A stretch of DNA of 61,736 bases, counting the filler. It is 14 parts of 14 records of this genome, joined end to end, with 100 filler letters (N's around TTAATTAATTAA, not from the genome) between each part and the next. Parts side by side here need not be neighbours in the genome. Positions count along the whole stretch, not along the records: positions 57,349 to 61,736 come from SRR15195285_5367; 13 more parts are not named here. One strand, 5' to 3'. A program made the translations under genes and the position numbers. This document shows positions 57,500 through 61,736 of the stretch, piece by piece (position 1 is the first letter of the stretch; each line of letters opens with the position of its first letter). The notes under the pieces were generated by a model. The model was not told the DNA's origin. It searched no databases and saw only the letters and a list, made by a program, of their open reading frames with translations.

Positions 57500-60400
57500 A
57501 TGCAGCGGCCTGGCGTGGCTGCGCCGGCTGCCTGGGGGCATGGGCAGGCGGACACGTCTGTGCAGCCCGGCACGTCGGCGGCGATGGGTCAGCACCAGGC
57601 CGGCGCGCCAGTGAGCGACGCGCAGCTGGCCACACTGCGGGAGCAGCTGCAGCAGTACGGCAGCATCATGCACAACCACGCGCAGCATGTAATGCAGCAG
57701 CCGGTACCTCCGCCGGATCCGCGCTACCGCTGCGAGGAGCTGTCACTCAGCGAGCTCAAGCTGGAGCGGGAGCGAATCAGCCGCAGCCACCGCGAGGCGG
57801 GTCTGCAGCTGCTGCTGGCGGACCCGGATCCCTCCGTGCAGACACAGATCAGGATCAAGCAGCTGCAGCTGCTCCCGCTGCAGCACCAGGTGCGCAACGA
57901 GCTGCGGACGATTTTTGAGGGCAACCACGGCCCGGATGCCATAAGGCAGTGGTTCGAGGGCAAGAAGCGGTTCCAGAGCGAGGTGGAGCGGGCGCTGAAG
58001 CGGGCGGCCAGGGCTCGGGCCGATGAGATCAAGCGACACACGAAGATTACCCGCGGCTTCTTTGACGACATGTTCAAGCACGGTGACCGGATGAGGGAGC
58101 TGGTGAAGAAGTCCAGGCAGAGTGTGCGCCGTGACAGAACAAAGGCAGAGAAGTGGCACAACGACAAGATCCGAGATGACAAGAAGCACGAGGAGAAGCG
58201 GCGCCGGGAGCGTATCCAGGCGCTGCGTGATAACGACGAGGAGAAGTACCTGGCGCTGCTGAAGAGCGAGAAGAACGAGCGCTTGAATCACTTGATGAAA
58301 GAGACTGAGGCTCACCTGCAGCTTCTCACGGAGAAAATGCAGATGACAGCTCCGGAAGGTCCGCAGGCGAACGGCGAGGGGCGTGATGGCCAGCCCCGCA
58401 CGGCGGGCCAGCGATTTCACCAAGCCGCGCACGCCGCGAAGGAGGATATCACTGAGCAGCCGTCAATCCTCGTCGGCGGTGACCTGAAAAGCTACCAGAT
58501 CGAGGGCCTGAACTGGACAGTGTCGCTCTTCAACAACGGGCTCAATGGGATTCTGGCCGACGAGATGGGCCTCGGGAAGACGATTCAGACTATTGCCCTT
58601 ATAACGCACTTGATAGAGCGCAAGGACAATCCAGGCCCATACCTCATCGTCGTGCCCTTATCTGTACTGCCGAATTGGCGGCTGGAGTTGGAGAAGTGGG
58701 CACCATCTGTCAAGCTTGTGGTGTTCAAGGGACCGGACGCAACGCGCAAGCGGATCTTCAAGGAAGAGATGGCAGATTTCCAGTTCAATGTGGTGCTGAC
58801 TACGTATGAGTACATCATGAAGGGCAAAGCGCACCTCGGAAAATTTCTGTGGCAGTACATCATCATTGACGAGGGGCATAGGATCAAGAACGCGGAGAGC
58901 AAACTGGCAGTCATGCTGGGGCACAAGTACAAATCGAAAAATCGGCTGCTGCTGACGGGAACGCCGCTCCAGAACAACTTGTCCGAGCTATGGGCACTGC
59001 TGAACTTTCTGCTCCCGCAAGTGTTCAACTCTTCCGCGAGCTTCGAGGCGTGGTTCAATGAGCCGATGAGGGAGCTGAGTGCTACGGGCGGCAGCGAAGA
59101 AGAGTCCGCACTCAACGAAGAGGAGAAACTGATTATTGTGAACCGGCTGCATGCCATCCTCAAGCCATTCATGCTGCGAAGAATGAAGAAGGACGTCGAG
59201 TCCCAGCTGCCGCAAAAGTCCGAGATGGTGTTGAAAGTAGAGCTCTCAGGGTGGCAGAAGCTTATCTACAAGCAGCTGAAGTCTGAGGGGCTGCGCAGCG
59301 TGGATTCCGAAGGGAGGGCGGTCAACAAGCAAATGCATAACCTGATGATGCAGCTTCGCAAAGCATGCAACCATCCGTATTTGTTCTGGAGCGACTTTAA
59401 CTTGAACTTCCCAAACGAAGCCCTCTATCGCGCGTCGGGGAAATTCGAGATGTTGGACCGTATGCTGCCCAAGCTTCACAAGACCGGGCACAAGGTGCTG
59501 ATCTTTACGCAAATGACGAAGATCCTAGATTTGATGGAGGAGTTTCTGACCTGGCGCCACTGGAAATATTTGCGTTTGGACGGAACGACAAGATCGGAGG
59601 AACGTGGCCAGGTCGTCGACCAGTTCATGGACAAGGACGCAGGCAACTGGATATTTCTGCTTACGACTCGTGCAGGTGGCGTGGGCTTGAATCTCCAAGT
59701 GGCCGACACCGTGATCATTTTTGATAGTGATTGGAATCCTCAGATGGACATGCAAGCAATGGACCGCGCACACCGTATTGGGCAGCAGTCCGAGGTGCGT
59801 GTTTTCCGCATGATCACGAATACACAAATCGAGGAGGACATCTTTAGCCGTGCTAAGGCCAAAAAGAATGTAAACGAGATAGTCGTTCGCGAAACAAACG
59901 AGGACGAGACGGATCGCCAGGCTCGGCTGAGGAAGCTTCTCGAAGAAGAAAAACAGGGAGGGTCAGACGACGAAGAGTCCGAGGAGTCAGGCGCAATGTC
60001 GTGGGATGAATGTAATACCATGCTAGCTCGCTCCGAAGAGGAGCTCGCTCTCTTCGAGAAGATGGACAAGGAATTCTTAGAACGAGATGAAGCCGAATGG
60101 AAGGCTCGTCAGAACGATGACCCAAAGCCCTGGCCGGGAAGGTTAATGTGTGATTCAGAGCTGCCGGCCTGGATGCTGAGCGGTGGGGGTAATGCGGACA
60201 CATCTGGTGGTGGTACCAGCGACACCGCAGCAGACCCTGCAGCAGTGCAAGAGAATCTTGGCCCGAGAAAGCGCGAGCGGGTGAGCTATAAACCGGTTTC
60301 TGACCAGGAATTCAACCGCATGCTTTTGGACAAAAGTGGGACAGGAAGTGGTGGCGGAAAGAAGAAGGCCAAGTCTGGCAAGAAGGAGGTAGACCCTCAG

Positions 60401-61207
60401 ATGAAGGAACAACTGCTTGGCATCTGGACGGCCGTCTCGGAAACTTCCAAGACAGGGCTCTTTGACAAGCTGCCTACGAAAAAAGAGTGCGTCTCATTTC
60501 GCTGGCGTGCTCCTCTATGCTCAGCGATTGTGACCTGCATCCGCATTCAGCCCGCACTCAGTTCTCGGCGACCTCTGCCTTGCATTAAACTGGTGGCGTT
60601 GCACCACGCAGCTTACCTGACTATTTTCAGATTATCGCACAGCCGATCTCCCTCAAGGAAATCAAACGTAAAATCAACAACGGGGAGCTGAACACGGTTG
60701 AATCCGCCAAGGAGAAGATTGACCTGATGTTCGCAAACGCTCGACAATATAACATGGAAGGCTCCGACATTTTGCAGGACGTTGATGCGATGGAGGTGAG
60801 TGCAGCGGCGTTCGTTAGTCTACATCAGTCCCATCGTTCTTGCTCCTACTTGCGTTTTCCACTGGGCACCTGAGCAGCCCACGTGTGTGACTTTGCAGGC
60901 AGCAATGATGCAACACCTCGTCGCGCTCGGGGCGAAGCAGCCCAGGAACAAGTCGTCGCAACAAGTACCGCTCGCAACGGACAACCGAGTAGAACCATGG
61001 AACCAGCCGGCGGCCGAAGTTGGCCACGGTGGTGACGCGATGTCGCAGTATGCCGACGATACTGCTGGATTGTTCAACGACGATGTAGATGGAGAGGGTG
61101 GTCATACCTATGGAAATGATATGGCAGACGATTACTCCAACCCATATGGCATAGGTGATGAAAGCTCGGCGGGGCGGTCGAAATTGGTGTTAAAGCGCAA
61201 ACGTTAG
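57500..61207 (+). CDS. SNF2: SWI/SNF ATPase of the Snf2/Brahma (SMARCA2/4) subfamily; exons 57500-60486, 60612-60795, 60899-61207
   Basis: QLQ-like and HSA regions, GILADEMGLGKTIQ, DEGH, LLTGTPLQN, TRAGGVGLNLQ, QAMDRAHRIGQ. Two introns reveal a bromodomain (LPTKK|DLPDYFQIIAQPISL...NARQYN). Confidence 0.95.
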
Positions 61208-61736
61208 ATGGCAACGGGCGGCCGCGACTCACGCTCTCACGGCCAGGGTCGGGAGAAATCTGAGCCATTTTTCATCTTTCCTGATGTGTGCGTCAGGCAC
61301 TAGGCCGATCGACCACAGCCCGAAGGCAACGTGCTTCTACTGAGCAACGTCAAAGGCGCAGCACGCGGCCAGGGCGCTGGTCTATTCATTAGGCAGAAGC
61401 TGCCATACTCCAACGCTTACAAGCGTTGCGATTGAGGCTATCTTGCCTACAGATCGGAGACGAGGTTGGAGGTTCTGCGCAGGAGGTCACTGTAAGACTG
61501 TGGAGAGACAACTCAGCAGCTGGTCTGCCGCACTTGAACGAGCTGACAAGCACAGCAACCTCCAGTGGCTCAGAACGCAAGCAAAGAAGGTGGCAACACA
61601 AGGAAACCATGATATTTCAACATGTGCAATAGAGCCCAAGACGGTTGCTTCTCTCACTTCTGCTCATGCCTTGGCACTCGAGGTGCCGCGTGCTCACAGG
61701 GCTATTCTGCAATACCACTAGCACTTAGTCAATCAT

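Overview
Eukaryotic (protist-like), GC-rich DNA made of 14 unlinked contigs joined by 13 identical artificial 100-nt linkers (N44-TTAATTAATTAA-N44), so neighbourhood across linkers is not biological. Genes use the standard code and have short (about 70-240 nt) GT-AG spliceosomal introns, which I placed by hand. Recognisable products: a six-hairpin glycosidase-like protein, a HAD-like hydrolase ending in SKL, a 7-exon isochorismatase-family hydrolase, a myosin-VI-like motor, an OSCA/TMEM63 channel, an RPA-type OB-fold/Zn-ribbon protein, a penicillin-acylase-family Ntn hydrolase, a four-domain voltage-gated cation channel, ankyrin, PH and coiled-coil proteins, a vWA/alpha-kinase, NF-YB, a giant C2/PDZ scaffold, proline iminopeptidase, a StrG-like oxygenase and a SNF2/Brahma remodeller. 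Best novelty candidates: (1) an RGG-vWA-alpha-kinase fused to a DUF4258-like putative RNase domain; (2) a Nav/Cav-type channel with a T/D/D/D filter, a ubiquitin-like insert and an EF-hand-like insert; (3) a myosin with a class-VI-like insert-2 but no insert-1; (4) bacterial-type enzymes that have gained introns and possible peroxisomal signals. All family calls come from motif recognition; no searches were run.
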